Assembly: GCA_977862235.1 (NCBI GenBank)
Contig: OZ374558.1
Span: 1,116,001 to 1,180,000 of the forward strand
Reading direction: 5' to 3'
Length of the DNA: 64,000 bases
Source: Dudresnaya verticillata
Lineage: Eukaryota
The notes below the pieces were generated by a model. It was given only the letters and a program-made list of their open reading frames with translations. It made no database searches and was not told where the DNA came from. The translations under genes and the position numbers were made by a program. This document shows, piece after piece, positions 36,706 through 49,134 of the stretch (position 1 is its first letter; each line of letters starts with the position of its first letter).

Positions 36706-37920
36706 ATGAACTGTGACCATGCTTGGTATCCGCAGCGCCGGCATCACTCAGCTCCGCTTCCATCTCCAATGCCCACCGCCGCACATTGGAGCTCGTCGCA
36801 GTACCCGTATCCTGCCACTCAAGTCCCTCTACCACCGTATCTATCCGCCTTCCCGATCTGGCCGCGCACCAACTCGAACATCGCCACCCCGGCCCCCACT
36901 CGCTATGACATCTCTCGCAGTGCGGGCTGCCCCACAGCGGGTACGGGTACGTCTCATTACCCCCGCGCAGTTCGCCCTGCAAACGCAGCCCGCTTCGAGA
37001 TCGAGTACCCATCGCAAGCTCAGTTCTATGGGAGAAACCCCCGCTCGGTCTACAGCCCCGTCATGGGGAACCGTCGCATGTTAAGCACGTATCCGTCCGT
37101 GTATCCGTACTGGAGTCAGTCAGAACCAGCATTGTCAGCAGCCCCGTGGCAGATGCGGACAGCACCTCACCTGGAGAATCAAGTGCTACCGATGCCGCAG
37201 ATACAGCCGCAGCCGCAGACACCGCGTCAGTCGCTTTCGCAGCCGCAACCATTATCGCTGGCTCATCTTCCGGCCGACCGGCAGCCTCAATCTCCCACGC
37301 CGCCCCAAGTGCCCCGGCAGCAGCAACTCGGGATTGGAGAATCGCAGGAGAATAGTCAAGTGCAGCCGCAGGCACTGGAGACATCCCAGCCGCTAGCGCA
37401 AGACCCGTCACAGCAGGGGGCGCAACTTTCACCGTCGCAGCGGATGGGGAACGGGCGGTTCAATTGCGGGCAGTGCGGGAAAACCTTTTCCCAGCGAGCC
37501 AATCTTGCTCGTCACGTCGCCAATGTCCATGACGGGGTCCGTCCCTTCTCGTGTCAGAGGTGTGGGAAGACATTCGGTAGGAAAGATAGCCTCACAACTC
37601 ACATGAACTCTGTTCATCTCAAACTAAAGCCGGAGAAATGTGGGTACTGCGGTAAAACATTTGGTTCGAAGAAACAGCTCAAGAACCATGTTGAGCCGAT
37701 CCACAAAAAGTTGAAGAAGCACAAATGCCAGTCCTGCGGGATTTGTTTTGGTCATCGTTCCAGTCTCAGAAGCCATCGCATGGCCAAGCGCGACTGTACA
37801 GGGCGTCAGAACGAGAACCAGCAAGGCGACGAGGCAAACATGCCTTATCGAAACGAAGGCACGATAGGGGGAAGGGAGAAGTTCGGACGACGGAGGGACA
37901 ATATCTCTACCGCAGGGTGA
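36706..37920 (+). CDS. C2H2 zinc-finger transcription factor-like protein, 404 aa, four fingers
   Basis: CGQC...HVANVH, CQRC...HMNSVH, CGYC...HVEPIH and a final C2HC finger; P/Q-rich N-terminal region. Confidence 0.93.
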   Translation: MNCDHAWYPQRRHHSAPLPSPMPTAAHWSSSQYPYPATQVPLPPYLSAFPIWPRTNSNIATPAPTRYDISRSAGCPTAGTGTSHYPRAVRPANAARFEIEYPSQAQFYGRNPRSVYSPVMGNRRMLSTYPSVYPYWSQSEPALSAAPWQMRTAPHLENQVLPMPQIQPQPQTPRQSLSQPQPLSLAHLPADRQPQSPTPPQVPRQQQLGIGESQENSQVQPQALETSQPLAQDPSQQGAQLSPSQRMGNGRFNCGQCGKTFSQRANLARHVANVHDGVRPFSCQRCGKTFGRKDSLTTHMNSVHLKLKPEKCGYCGKTFGSKKQLKNHVEPIHKKLKKHKCQSCGICFGHRSSLRSHRMAKRDCTGRQNENQQGDEANMPYRNEGTIGGREKFGRRRDNISTAG

Positions 37921-39458
37921 CGAGCGGCTTGAAGTACTACCGTGTTCGACTCCATCAGGAGACGTGCGTTCCACTTTGCAGTCGTTTGTGCAGGCATTGC
38001 GGCCAGGTACGCCTGGCAAACACGTGAAGGAAGGAATCTAGTTCATCTCTGAGAGCTTTGGATTGGACATGGTGGTGAGGAGGTCAGACTTCGTCACAGC
38101 TAACGGGGTGAGGGTCCTCAACCGATGTTCGTTTTTCTGTGCACGACAGGTTTCGGAGGGATGCAAGTTCTATGTTCGTCTGAGCAGTGCGGTTATATCA
38201 ACGATAACAGACCGCTCAGGGGGTAACTTCGATTTCGACGTCAATGTCAACGAAAAGAAGACTGACATTGTGAACTATTGTCTAGTTTGGGCTTTAAAGG
38301 GTCATACAAGAGCTTAAACTAGCAAGACGTTAGTGGGATCCTCGCATTTCCCAAAGTACGCTATTCTCGTCGCCTGTGTCTTGCCGACCGGTTTGTCCTA
38401 GACCCAACTTTAATGGATACTTAGCCCCATTGCTTAAAATTCTTTGCTTCGGCTTCAATAGTTCCCCTGATGTACCAATGCGTAGCACATGTCTACACAA
38501 AAATCAGATGCTGTAGAATTTGCTTACTGACATGGCTTGCGAATAATGAGATGTCTAATCCGACTTCCCGTGACGTGTCTATTGACAAAGCTCAAGCACA
38601 GTTGCGAGCACCATTCAAATATAACGCGCATTTCGTGAAACGGAGCAGACCTAAACATATCCAGACCGGGAATGCTTTCCTCCTGCGAAGCAATAGCTGG
38701 CACGTACAAGGCCATACGTCTGCACGAAATTCTGAGCCCAACTCAAAAAGTTGTACCCCCTTCTGAACTGGCTAGGCGATTGATCTATTTATAAACTATC
38801 CGCATATTATCAACAGTAGGGTAGTTCATGCGGTGTTTCAGGTCCTCGTGAATCTTCATCCCCCGGAGGACGTCCAGACTAAGAACCGTTTCTTGTGATG
38901 ATAAACGTTTACTCATCTCGGATTAGAGTCCATTTGCCTCAACAGCCTGTTGGCAAATGCACGACATGTCTAGAACAAGAATTGGTGATCTGTCCGAGAG
39001 GATCGGAGGGGTAGAGCATTGGGGCCCGCTACCACGCATGGATCTGGTCGATTTCTTGGCTATTGCTTCCGGATGATGACGGAGTGGGGTTGGGGTCTTC
39101 CTGTAGACTCGATACTGGCCATAGTCTGTCTAAACCCCAAACGGCTTTACCATGCCATGGAACTGCCGGCGCTGTTGCGCCGTCCGCCATAACCTGGCGA
39201 TAGGATGGCATTTAGGGGCGTTTCCTATCCATCGCGCCAACCTGGAGGGACATATACGATAATGCAGACCTTCAAAGAGACAAGTGCAAGGATCCTATCT
39301 AGCTAGATAGGAAAGACATATTGTTATTGTTCAACATACATTATTGCTTAACGCCAACTTTGGTCAATGCAACTCAAAGCTTCAGAAAACTCTATCAGAC
39401 TAACATGTCCAAAGGTCCTTCTAATGAGCAATACGCAGATGGTGATTCTTAGAAGGAA

Positions 39459-40439
39459 CTAGATGAGTCCCTCCTTGATTAACTTGCAAGCCAGCTTGCA
39501 TTTTTCTGCAATAAAGGCGTTTGCAGTTTCATTGAGTTCGGCAGTGCGAATCGCAATGCGGTGCTTCTTAGTGCTTTGATGGTCCATCCAAGGTGCAGGC
39601 CCAGTGCACGAGACGTTACAGTCCTTGCAATGATACTCTTCCCAGCCTTGCTGAGGGACGGACTCCAGAAGTCCCAGCGCGCGCAGCCTACGACGCTGGC
39701 GACGCCACTTCCTCCGTAAGTTCTTTGGTACTTTTTCCGGTTCCATTTTGTCCTCCAATTTTGCTTCATCGCCATGTTTCGATGGCTCTTCCTCAGCCAA
39801 GTTCATTGCCTCTACTTTCACAACGAGCTTCTCCTCAGTCTTGATTTTTTCCTTTGTATCTAGATCTGGCACGGACGCGTATTGGGCAATCGGATTTATC
39901 ATACGAATAGCGGTCTCCATCATCATGTCCATCGTGCCCATCATGTCGAGGTTTGGCTCTAGCGCATATCTGGCAGATGAAGTCGGAATCGTCTCAGCAC
40001 GAGAAGACCCAAGAGAAACGGCGTCTTCATTCTTTGTATTCCTAGTGTAATTGACTTCGTTCACCTTGGCAGATGCATTCTGAGCGTCATTTTCACCCTT
40101 GGGGGTACACTTCCTCTGTCCACCCGTCTCCAGCAGCACTGCAGAATCGGATATGTTCAATGAATCCTCTCCCACCAAATCAGACAGGCAAGGCCCCTGC
40201 TCGACATGCATACTGCTTTGCATGCAATTTGAAGTACTGCCTTCGTACTCTCTTGGGGCAGCTCTCTCGTCCGTGCTGTTGGTCATATTAAAGTGGGATT
40301 GCGGTTTCTCCATCGAGCTTTCGTTAGATGAGGGATGTATTGTCTCTTGCAGGGAACGATATCTACTCTGAGACTCCAGTTGGTCGCTGTTTTCTTCCAT
40401 AATCCGGGAACAATTTCCCAGATCATAACTATCCGGCAT
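39459..40439 (-). CDS. 326-aa protein with C-terminal U1/matrin-type (zf-met) zinc finger
   Basis: YHCKDCNVSCTGPAPWMDHQSTKKH fits C-x2-C-x12-H-x5-H; preceded by basic RRKWRRQRRR; the 5' end may be incomplete. Confidence 0.75.
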   Translation of the reverse strand: MPDSYDLGNCSRIMEENSDQLESQSRYRSLQETIHPSSNESSMEKPQSHFNMTNSTDERAAPREYEGSTSNCMQSSMHVEQGPCLSDLVGEDSLNISDSAVLLETGGQRKCTPKGENDAQNASAKVNEVNYTRNTKNEDAVSLGSSRAETIPTSSARYALEPNLDMMGTMDMMMETAIRMINPIAQYASVPDLDTKEKIKTEEKLVVKVEAMNLAEEEPSKHGDEAKLEDKMEPEKVPKNLRRKWRRQRRRLRALGLLESVPQQGWEEYHCKDCNVSCTGPAPWMDHQSTKKHRIAIRTAELNETANAFIAEKCKLACKLIKEGLI

Positions 40440-40946
40440 CTTGCGGTGAGCGTATTTCCTTGCGACTTGGAAAATGTAGTGAAAGAGGCTGAGCGTCCTG
40501 CGGATGCTTCTTTTTCCCGGGCTGCCAGTGAGATAAATTGGGCTGTCGCTTCAATTTGGTCTGCCTCTAGTACTTTCTCAGTGCTTATCGTGTGATACCC
40601 AGCCGCAGATACTATGCCCTATATAGTTTGAGGATGTGGCCCGACGTGTCAAACAATTGGGAGACGTCCGAGTAGTCAGATCTCTGGGCCTCTTGTATCT
40701 CTTCCACCGACGTGTCTGCATGTAGTGTGGCGGTTTTACCAACAGCTTCAATCTAGAAAAGAGTATGAGGAGAAGGTGTACTTGCCCCGTTCACTCCTCT
40801 ATTGCCAGGCAGGATTAAATGTAGGCCAAAAAGATCAGGGACGCCTTGGTTTGGGTGTTCGGAGCGCTCTTCACCGATACAGGTCAACTGGTAGGGTTGT
40901 AGACAACTTTCAGCGCAGGGGCCATTTAAAGTTTATTGTTTCCTCG

Positions 40947-41047
40947 CTGTTAACCGCCGTTTACTCTTCGACCGTCGCCTTTCAGATGAGTTTTAGATAA
41001 GCCCCCTTACGGGGCTGTAGTCTTTCCTATGCATAAGGTCTCCATCT
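40947..41047 (+). mobile_element. Short CRE-like 3' end, near-identical to 56761..56867
   Basis: AVNRRLLFDRRLSDEF*, hairpin agcccccttacggggct, ataaggtctccatct. Confidence 0.8.
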
Positions 41048-41257
41048 TTTTTGTTTCCTCGATTTACAAACATCAATGTCGACAAAGGAATCGTTACACT
41101 GATATCGAGATTCTGATTAATACTTTATAAAACGTATTTGTCTCCGATACAGCTCGCAGCACAACATCTACTGGGCAACGACGCTTCTAAATCACCCCTC
41201 ATATCGACTCTGTCATTTCTAGCTTGAAGATCGCTAAGAGAGCTTGAGAAAAACGCA

Positions 41258-41930
41258 ATCATCATCATGGTGAAATGAATAGACGGGGAACTTTATTCAG
41301 GAAGGAAAACTAGCCAGGCTAGGTCACCCCATTCTCTAACAGGCCGGTAGGAATGGCAAGACGATGGCGATTAACTGCTAAAGATTGATAGCGAAACAAG
41401 TGAGAAATAAACTGTGCTGTAAGTGTCCGAGTTTCATTTGCTGGATTTCTTTCTCTATACTGAGCTGCATAGCGACCAATATCCCGTAGTACCTCGTTGG
41501 TCCAAGGGCACCAAAAGTATCAGCCCCGATGGCAAAGAAATCCATCCCTTCACTGGCCGTAAGATCAGCGTAATGGGCACTTTTTGGTCGCCGAGCGGCC
41601 TGTACTGCTGGCACAGCCAGCAGTGCAGGAAGAAGCGTGGCGCATGCCGATAGTGGGCTGTGAAAGGGGCAGCAACGGTGACGTCAAATTCCTGAGCACA
41701 GGGATTAAAAGGTGACGACGGGATGACGATATCCATTCGACGACGCTGAGTTGGAAGGCGTCGTTCCATTGCAAAGGTGTATTCGACTTAAATAGCACTG
41801 AGACCCAACTTACGAAGTTTCAACGCAAGGAAATCACGGAATGAGTTGTGACGACAAATAGAACCCTCACGACGCATGCAAATGAGTGCATGCAGACCCA
41901 AAGGATCGAGAACAGGAGCAGCTGGGGATG
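41258..41930 (-). mobile_element. Degenerate CRE/RLE 3' fragment with (GAT)n tail
   Basis: LDPLGLHALIC...ICRHNSFRD, RRRMDIVI, FDVTV, AIGADTFGALGP; 3' end AVNRHRL, aataaagt, gatgatgat. Confidence 0.8.
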
Positions 41931-42841
41931 ACTAAATGAAAGGCGTGTGCCTTGCTGTTGGACTGACATTTGTTAGGGCTGCAAGAGCAAACGGTAAGTA
42001 GAACTGGAAATTTGACAGCAGATCAAAGGGAACCTATTAGGCCACCGGGTTCGGCCCAATCTCTGTTGATTGGCCACAACTACTCGTAGCAGGGCGTACG
42101 ATAGACGAGAAAGTAAGATAGAAACTTGAAATAATCGGCGGTGTGATGGCATATCGGCAGGGTGTGCCACGGGGCACAAAGTGAGGACAGGGGGAAGTCA
42201 ATCGACTTGGGGGTTATCATTTTCTGCGTAGATGCGCAGAATATGCTCCATGCATGAACAAGACGTGACGACAGAATATTGACAACCAGGCTTCTTCCTC
42301 AACCTATTCAAACATCAATACCGTGCGAAAATCAGAAGCAGGTCTGCACATATTTTCTTGCCTATGAGCCATCGTCGCTCGCACAAGACCCCTTTAAACA
42401 AACATTAAAATCAAACATCACATATCGTTCTGCTATACTAGTGTGTTATCGGGAAACCAAGATTAGCAGTAGAGCAGATTGAGCCGACTTGACTTACTGA
42501 CATGGCGACATAACAACAAACACAGTCTTATTGTCGTTGGGAATGTAGGGTGATGATGGATAGAATTGTTAAAAGCTGGAGATCATGTTTGTTCATGTAC
42601 TGCGACATGGCCAGCCGAAGACACCTACAAGCTGAAAATACCTACTTGCATCAATTGCTGTTTGTGGGACAGGGTGTCATGGGGCTCTAGTGTGACTTGG
42701 GGATGCGTGAGGATTATCCGTATAGCTCACTTCACACAAGTCCTTTCTCAGCCTAACGTTCTCCTTCCCCACTGCCATATTACACATTTTCTAGTGTTCC
42801 AGTTCTAGCCGTTGCTCTATTCCACCTTGCGCTTGCAATGA

Positions 42842-43552
42842 GTGTGCGCATGAAAAGTAAATGACAGTCTTTATTGATGTAAAGAAAGGCTCATTCCTAA
42901 CCGATGTCTTGATGAAATTAAAACTATGAAAGACGGTTATTCTAAACAAAGAAAGGATAGACTTGATGGTCAATGTAGAAGCAGAAGAAGGGCGGGAGGG
43001 AGGGGAAGAAAGGATAGACTTGCCGCCTCGTAGGGAGAGCGACGGGCGGTGGCCTTATGTACTGTAGCCACCATGTCGAGGGAGCCCCAGAGTTGCACTT
43101 TGCAGATTCTGTTCCCGTTGTCAGGGGCAACATTGGATCTGGTCCCCGGTGCGAAGATGCTAAAAGATTCATCCTCGCGCCGGCGACCAGATAAGGCCAA
43201 CGCCGTGTAGACTACTCTCCAGCTTCGCATGTGCACACACCCGCGGGACTCGATCTCACGACCTCCACGGCGGACCAAGCAAAAGAAACCACTAAGCTAT
43301 TGCCGCTTCAGTGTGGCTTTGCTTGGTGTAGTGCTCTGATGCTCCCTACTTAATATTCTACTTCAGTAGGTATCTATAGCCGGTTGCCCCTGCCCTTCTC
43401 CTGATTCTTCATTGACCATCAAGCCCATACTTTCCTTGTTTAGAATAACCGTTAGCATTTTCTTAGTTTCTTAGTTTCTATTTCATCAAGACATCGGTTA
43501 CGAATGAAGCCTTTACATCTATAAAGACTGTCATTTACGTTTCATAGCACGC
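42842..43552. mobile_element. Non-autonomous long-TIR (foldback/MULE-like) element, ~710 bp
   Basis: ~150-bp imperfect inverted repeats 42842..42996 and 43389..43552; possible decayed 8-bp TSD tgcaatga/tgcgagga. Confidence 0.75.
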
Positions 43553-43838
43553 TGCGAGGACATCCATCAATGTCTTCCAGAACCGGCCCCAAGTGCGCTC
43601 GTACACGCAAAGTCGTGCAGGAGTCGAAGAGGGGGCCAGCAGCGACGCAATGCTCGGTAGGGAGGCAGTCGAAGTTGGTCAAGGCGGGCTCGCGTGGGTC
43701 GAAAGGGTGGCATGCAGACGAAATCTGAGCAGGCTGGGCTGCGCGTTTCAGGTCAAAAGACGGTTTGCGCGGATGTGGGCGCGAGTGGAGGAGGGAAAGC
43801 GGCAAGCGGCGCTTGGTGGAGCGGCGGGTCCGATGGTG

Positions 43839-44004
43839 TTGTTGTATTTTATTTGTTGTTTAACGTGGTCTTGCGTAGCGTAGATGGTGATGGTAAACAT
43901 TTAGTAATTGTTTAGGGTGGTAGGTCCCGCACGGGCAACTAGGACCCAAAAGAAAGAGTACGCCGGCCGGGACTTGAACCCGGGTCTCGCCCGTGGCAGG
44001 GGTG
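43839..44004 (-). mobile_element. tRNA-Gly(GCC) 3' half fused to LINE 3' end (SINE-like insert)
   Basis: Minus strand cctgccacgggcgagacccgggttcaagtcccggccggcgta gives anticodon loop GCC, T arm with B box and acceptor 3' strand; then gttgcccgtgcgggacc...tttaccatcacc matching 4851..4900; absent from the opposite palindrome arm. Confidence 0.8.
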
Positions 44005-44878
44005 CTGCGGGTAGGGGACTGATTGGAGTTGGTGTCGGGGATTCCTGACACGAATTCTGAGTGTTGGGGCCTGGTCCTAAGGTACTGTGGAACGCATCGC
44101 GAGTGGGGCATCAAGAACGGTTTGTGGGTGGCCCCAAGGATTGTTTTAGCCAACCACTCGCCAAGTACCGGTCTGGCAAGCCAACCACAGCCAGCCATAC
44201 CGAACCAATGGTGCAGTTGGGCGCTGGCGGCGCAGGAGAACAGCCAATCACCGTCCGGAACTGTCCAGAACCGTCCAGAATGGACCACGCCCAGCCATTG
44301 ACTCAAAAACCGTCAGCCAATAAGGGACCGTGATTTCAACTTGGGAGGAATGATGTAGAGGACCGTGGGAGAGGTTGCCGCTATTCTGAGAGCCGTTGTG
44401 GAACTGCGTTCTCAGGGTCAATGAACGGCGAGCACGGGCCAACCCGTGAAGAAGTACCGACCAGATCGTGACGCGAAGTATCCAACGCAATTATTTAATG
44501 TTCCCCGGCAGTATTGTAGAGTCCGCTCCTGACACACCGTTGATTCGACAAACGAGACAACAGTCGTTTCATTCGCGTTTCACCCCCACAAAGCCTGGTT
44601 GTATTTCCATAAACACTCTTTCTACAACATTGCAATGGAGTGGGAATGGAATGGAACTGCCAAAAGACGAACTCCACGTATCTGCGATACTTTTTACTCT
44701 GTGAGTTTCAAAAGGGAATTGAACAACTTTGCATTCTGTTGAGTTCATCAAATGGGTCAACACACGCCAAGTCTATCTCTTTCTGTCTCCATTACCGCAA
44801 ACATCGTGGCGATAGAGACCCTCTCAGATTCCTTCTATCTCCTTCCGAAGCCGACTATGCAGCTCTTTCGACCAATAT

Positions 44879-45112
44879 TTACCTGTACAACGGAATGCAG
44901 AAGGCATGTGTTCTGTCACAGAACGCATAACCTCTCATCTGCTTGTTGCAGTCAGAATCCGTCTGGCATGGGAATAACTCCTTCATCATCCTCGTCATGG
45001 ACTCTACTGTGAGCTCCGGGGTCTTGTCGACCTTGGTGACCGCCGCAGCACCCACAGAACCGGAGACAAGGAGGATCATGGACAGCATCGCAAACATCTT
45101 CAAGAGAGCCAT
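44879..45112 (-). CDS. Small secreted 4-Cys peptide precursor, 77 aa (copy 1)
   Basis: Signal peptide MALLKMFAMLSMILLVSGSVGA; C-terminal CQTDSDC-x9-C-x6-C; TATA box at 45228..45235 on minus. Confidence 0.82.
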   Translation of the reverse strand: MALLKMFAMLSMILLVSGSVGAAAVTKVDKTPELTVESMTRMMKELFPCQTDSDCNKQMRGYAFCDRTHAFCIPLYR

Positions 45113-48100
45113 ATTTTTCGGTGAGTTGTTTCAAGTTGACTTGGGGAAGAGTGTTGAATTCGGGCGTGTTGGGTTGTTCTTTGGGGTTGCGAGCTGCTCG
45201 TTGAGGAAGACGATGGCGTAGGTAGCGTATTTATACCAGAAGGTTTGTTAGATGAGCAGCAAGAGACCGTGTGCTTTTGGTCAAAGGGAGAAAGGTATTG
45301 CAAGACAAGGGTGCCTTTATGGATACCAGGGCCCGAAGCAGGGAAAATCATTCAGGGCAACAAATGAGGGCGTTGCGGGAGCATCACAGGTCCCTCTAAG
45401 TTGAGGGATGTTATTACCTGGCGCGAGACTGACTTGGGTCTGCCACTTGGGGGGTTTACGTAACTAGAAGACACATACAAACAACTTTTTGGGATAGTGG
45501 ACGGAACTCTTCCTAGACGGAGATATAGTTTGTTCCGCCTGGTGCTGGACAAGTACGACTTTTTTCGAAACGTTATTGTTTTTTGCGTGTAGACGAGGAG
45601 GAGATCGCCCCCGAGTCCAACACTATTCATACGGGAGCCGTACGGGGCAGCGAAGGTGGCATGCCATTTTTGCGTTAATAGGGCCCCGGTGAAGGGCTTT
45701 ATGCAGTGGAAGCTGCAAGTGTGCATCAATAGTATGAAATGTTGAGTGACCCTCAGGAAGTTGTATGAACTTGAGATGTTACACTTTATTGTTTGTTTAT
45801 AGTAGTACCGTGCCTGTAGTTAGGGCCCATGTACAGGCATAATATCTACCATTGCGGTAGGTAGTGCCTCGGCAGGTGTCTGTTGCTGAGATCCTTGCAT
45901 GGGGAAAATTCGTTTCTTACATATCTCACGAACATCTCCCATCAAGCGTGAGACACCTTGGAAGTCTGTGCAGCCTCAGCCTGCGTGCTTTATCCGCTTC
46001 CGAAAGAACAGCAGAGCATGTTGGGCCCATCTTAGAATGTTGCACTCGAAAGAGCTGGCAGAAAAGTAGCCATTCACTTGATTCATCAGAAATCTAGAAG
46101 CCCCATCAGGGTCTTAGGAAGCACCGGGCTCTAGGCGACTGTCAACCAAGAAACGTAACCGGTTTTCGCCCCAAGACTCGTCCTCCGACTTAGTTCGGTA
46201 TCGCAAAGCGCTAATATCGAGAACAACGTATTTCTGGTTGTTGAATAGCTCTTTTTTGCATGCCAAACTTGGCGGCACACCCACCCCGTGGCAGGGGAGA
46301 GCAGGGAGGTGCAGTCCTTTTTTTGCCTGGCAAATCGAGAGCGCAAACTCGACTCCCCGGCGATAAGTCTCATGCGTAGATGAACCTTCTCAATTACACC
46401 CTCCCAGTAAAAAAGAACAACTGCTACTGTAGCAGCACTATATAGCCAAGTCGAATACTAAGCATGTAGCTCCTATTTCCTCCAATGGGACCAGTTGCCG
46501 CAGCCGCCTATTGCGGGCCCATATGAATATTAATAGGAGCTTCTATACATGATAGTGTAATCGACTCTGATATGGAGATAAGGGTACGTATCGTCAACTT
46601 AAATAAGGCCCCAGTGCTATTTGGTAACCAGATTGCTTCCGGCTGCGGGGTATGCCGCAAAAGCAGGAGTGGCCATGGGGAGTTCTACAACGAAGGGAGG
46701 ATGGATATGCTGTCACGTTATCCAAAAAACCTGACCCAGTGAACTTCTACGCGCAACGGGTAAACTTGTTTGATAAGTCGAGAATGCCGTATTCAGACCG
46801 CGCTATCTGAAAATCGAAATGAAGGTTGCCACCTTTTGTCTAAATGAGACTAAGCCAGTTTCAGTATGCACCGCCCATTCGTGGTACCGCCGAGAAGTAA
46901 CTTTTAGTGGCGGCCTTCAACGAAGATTGAATTTGATAACAGAAACCATTTCACCCTATATTATTGTTCTCGGGCTCCAGCGACCAAATAACAGCTTTGT
47001 TTGTACGGACAATTGAGACTGGCACGCAGCAAAAGGCCTGGGTAGGTCGTTCCCTAACTCCGTTTCGAACTGGGGCCCTGCTGTGAATAGCACTACGCGA
47101 TATGCAAAATCGCTTTTCAGCAGCAGTGGTGTATTTATTTCACTGCTCCGTCCTTCTGAAGGCTGAGGGTTCTCACGCGCGCCACTCGAAAAACTATGAT
47201 TCGCAGCAGTCTCACCAAGAAACGAGCCCAGGAAAAAGAAAGCATCGAGGCCCGAATCGGGTGTAGTAGATTCGGGGCATTAAAGGCCTGATATTCACCA
47301 GAAGTGGACGCTTGTCATCGCCCTCGTATGAAAATGTTTTAAACGACGCCTGGAAGGGGCGCTCCTGATACAATAATCTGAGCGGGCATTTGCGGAGCAA
47401 AGCAGTGACTCAGACTCAATAGAAGAAATGGCAAGAAAGCTGGGAGCCATAAGGGCTCGGAAGGCGATAATGTACCGTTGTGTACGGAAAAGTCTGGCTC
47501 TTTGCGGAAGCACTTGGAAGTGCTATGGCACGTCGCGCCTTTCCCCGTGTACTAGCACCCCCACCCCGAAACTCATCACTATTTGCTTAGAGTGGTCCGC
47601 TGGCGACTCAGGCCCATTTTCAAGAAGCGTCATATGGCGTGGGTGAGAACCAATAAGAACACTTCTTTCGGTACTACAATAAACAAACAATAAAGTGTAA
47701 CATCTCAAGTTCATACAACTTCCTGAGGGTCACTCAACATTTCATACTATTGATGCACACTTGCAGCTTCCACTGCATAAAGCCCTTCACCGGGGCCCTA
47801 TCTAACGCATAAATGGCATGTCACCTTCGCTTCCCCGTACGGCTCCCGAATGAATAGTGTTGGACTCAGGAGCGACCGCCTCCTCGTCTACACGCAAAAA
47901 ACATAAACGTTTCGAAAAAGGCCGTACTTGTCCAGCGCCAGGCGGAACAAACTATATCTCCGTCTAGGAAGAGTTCCGTCCACTATCCCAAAAAGTTGTT
48001 TGTATGTGTGTTCCAGTTACGTAAACCCCCCAAGTGGCAGACCCAAGTCAGTCTCGCGCCAGGTAATAACATCCCTCAACTTAGAGGGACCTGTGATGCT

Positions 48101-48245
48101 CCCGCAACGCCCTCATTTGTTGCCCTGAATGATTTTCCCTGCTTCGGGCCCTGGTATCCATAAAGGCACCCTTGTCTTGCAATACCTTTCTACCTTTGAC
48201 CCAAAAGTACACGGTCTCTTGCTGCTCATCTAACAAACCTTCTGG

Positions 48246-48253
48246 TATAAATA
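48246..48253 (+). promoter_or_regulatory. TATA box of peptide gene copy 2
   Basis: tataaata ~120 bp upstream of ATG 48369, followed by a C/A-rich ATG-free leader; mirrored at 45228..45235. Confidence 0.7.
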
Positions 48254-48368
48254 CGCTACCTACGCCATCGTCTTCCTCAACGAGCAGCTCGCAACCCCAA
48301 AGAACAACCCAACACGCCCGAATTCAACACTCTTCCCCAAGTCAACTTGAAACAACTCACCGAAAAAT

Positions 48369-48602
48369 ATGGCTCTCTTGAAGATGTTTGCGATGCTGTC
48401 CATGATCCTCCTTGTCTCCGGTTCTGTGGGTGCTGCGGCGGTCACCAAGGTCGACAAGACCCCGGAGCTCACAGTAGAGTCCATGACGAGGATGATGAAG
48501 GAGTTATTCCCATGCCAGACGGATTCTGACTGCAATAAGCAGATGAGCGGTTATGCGTTCTGTGACAGAACGCACGCCTTCTGCATTCCGTTGTACAGGT
48601 AA
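48369..48602 (+). CDS. Small secreted 4-Cys peptide precursor, 77 aa (copy 2)
   Basis: Differs from copy 1 at four nucleotides by my reading: three synonymous and one R/S change. Confidence 0.82.
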   Translation: MALLKMFAMLSMILLVSGSVGAAAVTKVDKTPELTVESMTRMMKELFPCQTDSDCNKQMSGYAFCDRTHAFCIPLYR

Positions 48603-49134
48603 ATATTGGTCGAAAGAGCTGCATAGTCGGTTTCGGAAGGAGGTAGAAGTAATCTGAGAGGGTCTCTATCGCCACGATGTTTGCGGTAATGGAGACAGAA
48701 AGAGATAGACTTGGCGTGTGTTGACCCATTTGATGAACTCAACAGAATGCAAAGTTGTTCAATTCCCTTTTGAAACTCACAGAGTAAAAAGTATCGCAGA
48801 TACGTGGAGTTCGTCTTTTGGCGTTCCATTCCATTCCCACTCCATTGCAATGTTGTAGAAAGAGTGTTTATGGAAATATAACCAGGCTTTGCGGGGGTGA
48901 AACGCGAATGAAACGACTGTTGTCTCGTTTGTCGAATCAACGGTGTGTCAGCAGCGGACTCGACAGTACTGCCGGAGAACATTATAGCTTTGCGTTGGAT
49001 ACTTAGCGCCGCGAGCAGGTCGGTACGTCGAAATGCATCGCCATTCATTGGCCCTTAGAACGGAGTCTCGAGAACGGCTCTGAGAATAGCGGCAATCTCT
49101 ACCACGGTCCTCTGCAACATTCTTCCCCGGTAGA

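Larger units (their letters stand above)
43553..45810. repeat. Left arm of large inverted duplication
   Basis: Reverse complement of ~47669..49905; very similar inside ~44490..45810, clearly more diverged outside. Confidence 0.93.

Noticed and set aside
43959..44004. Functional tRNA-Gly gene
   Set aside because: 5' acceptor strand, D arm and A box are missing; it is part of a retro-insertion.
46289..46300. U1 snRNA-like tggcaggggaga
   Set aside because: Lacks the ATACTTACC 5' end and the rest of the U1 structure; chance match.
45811..47668. Transposase or other gene in the palindrome spacer (arms as giant TIRs)
   Set aside because: Only short ORFs with no recognisable motif, and no defined outer termini or TSD.
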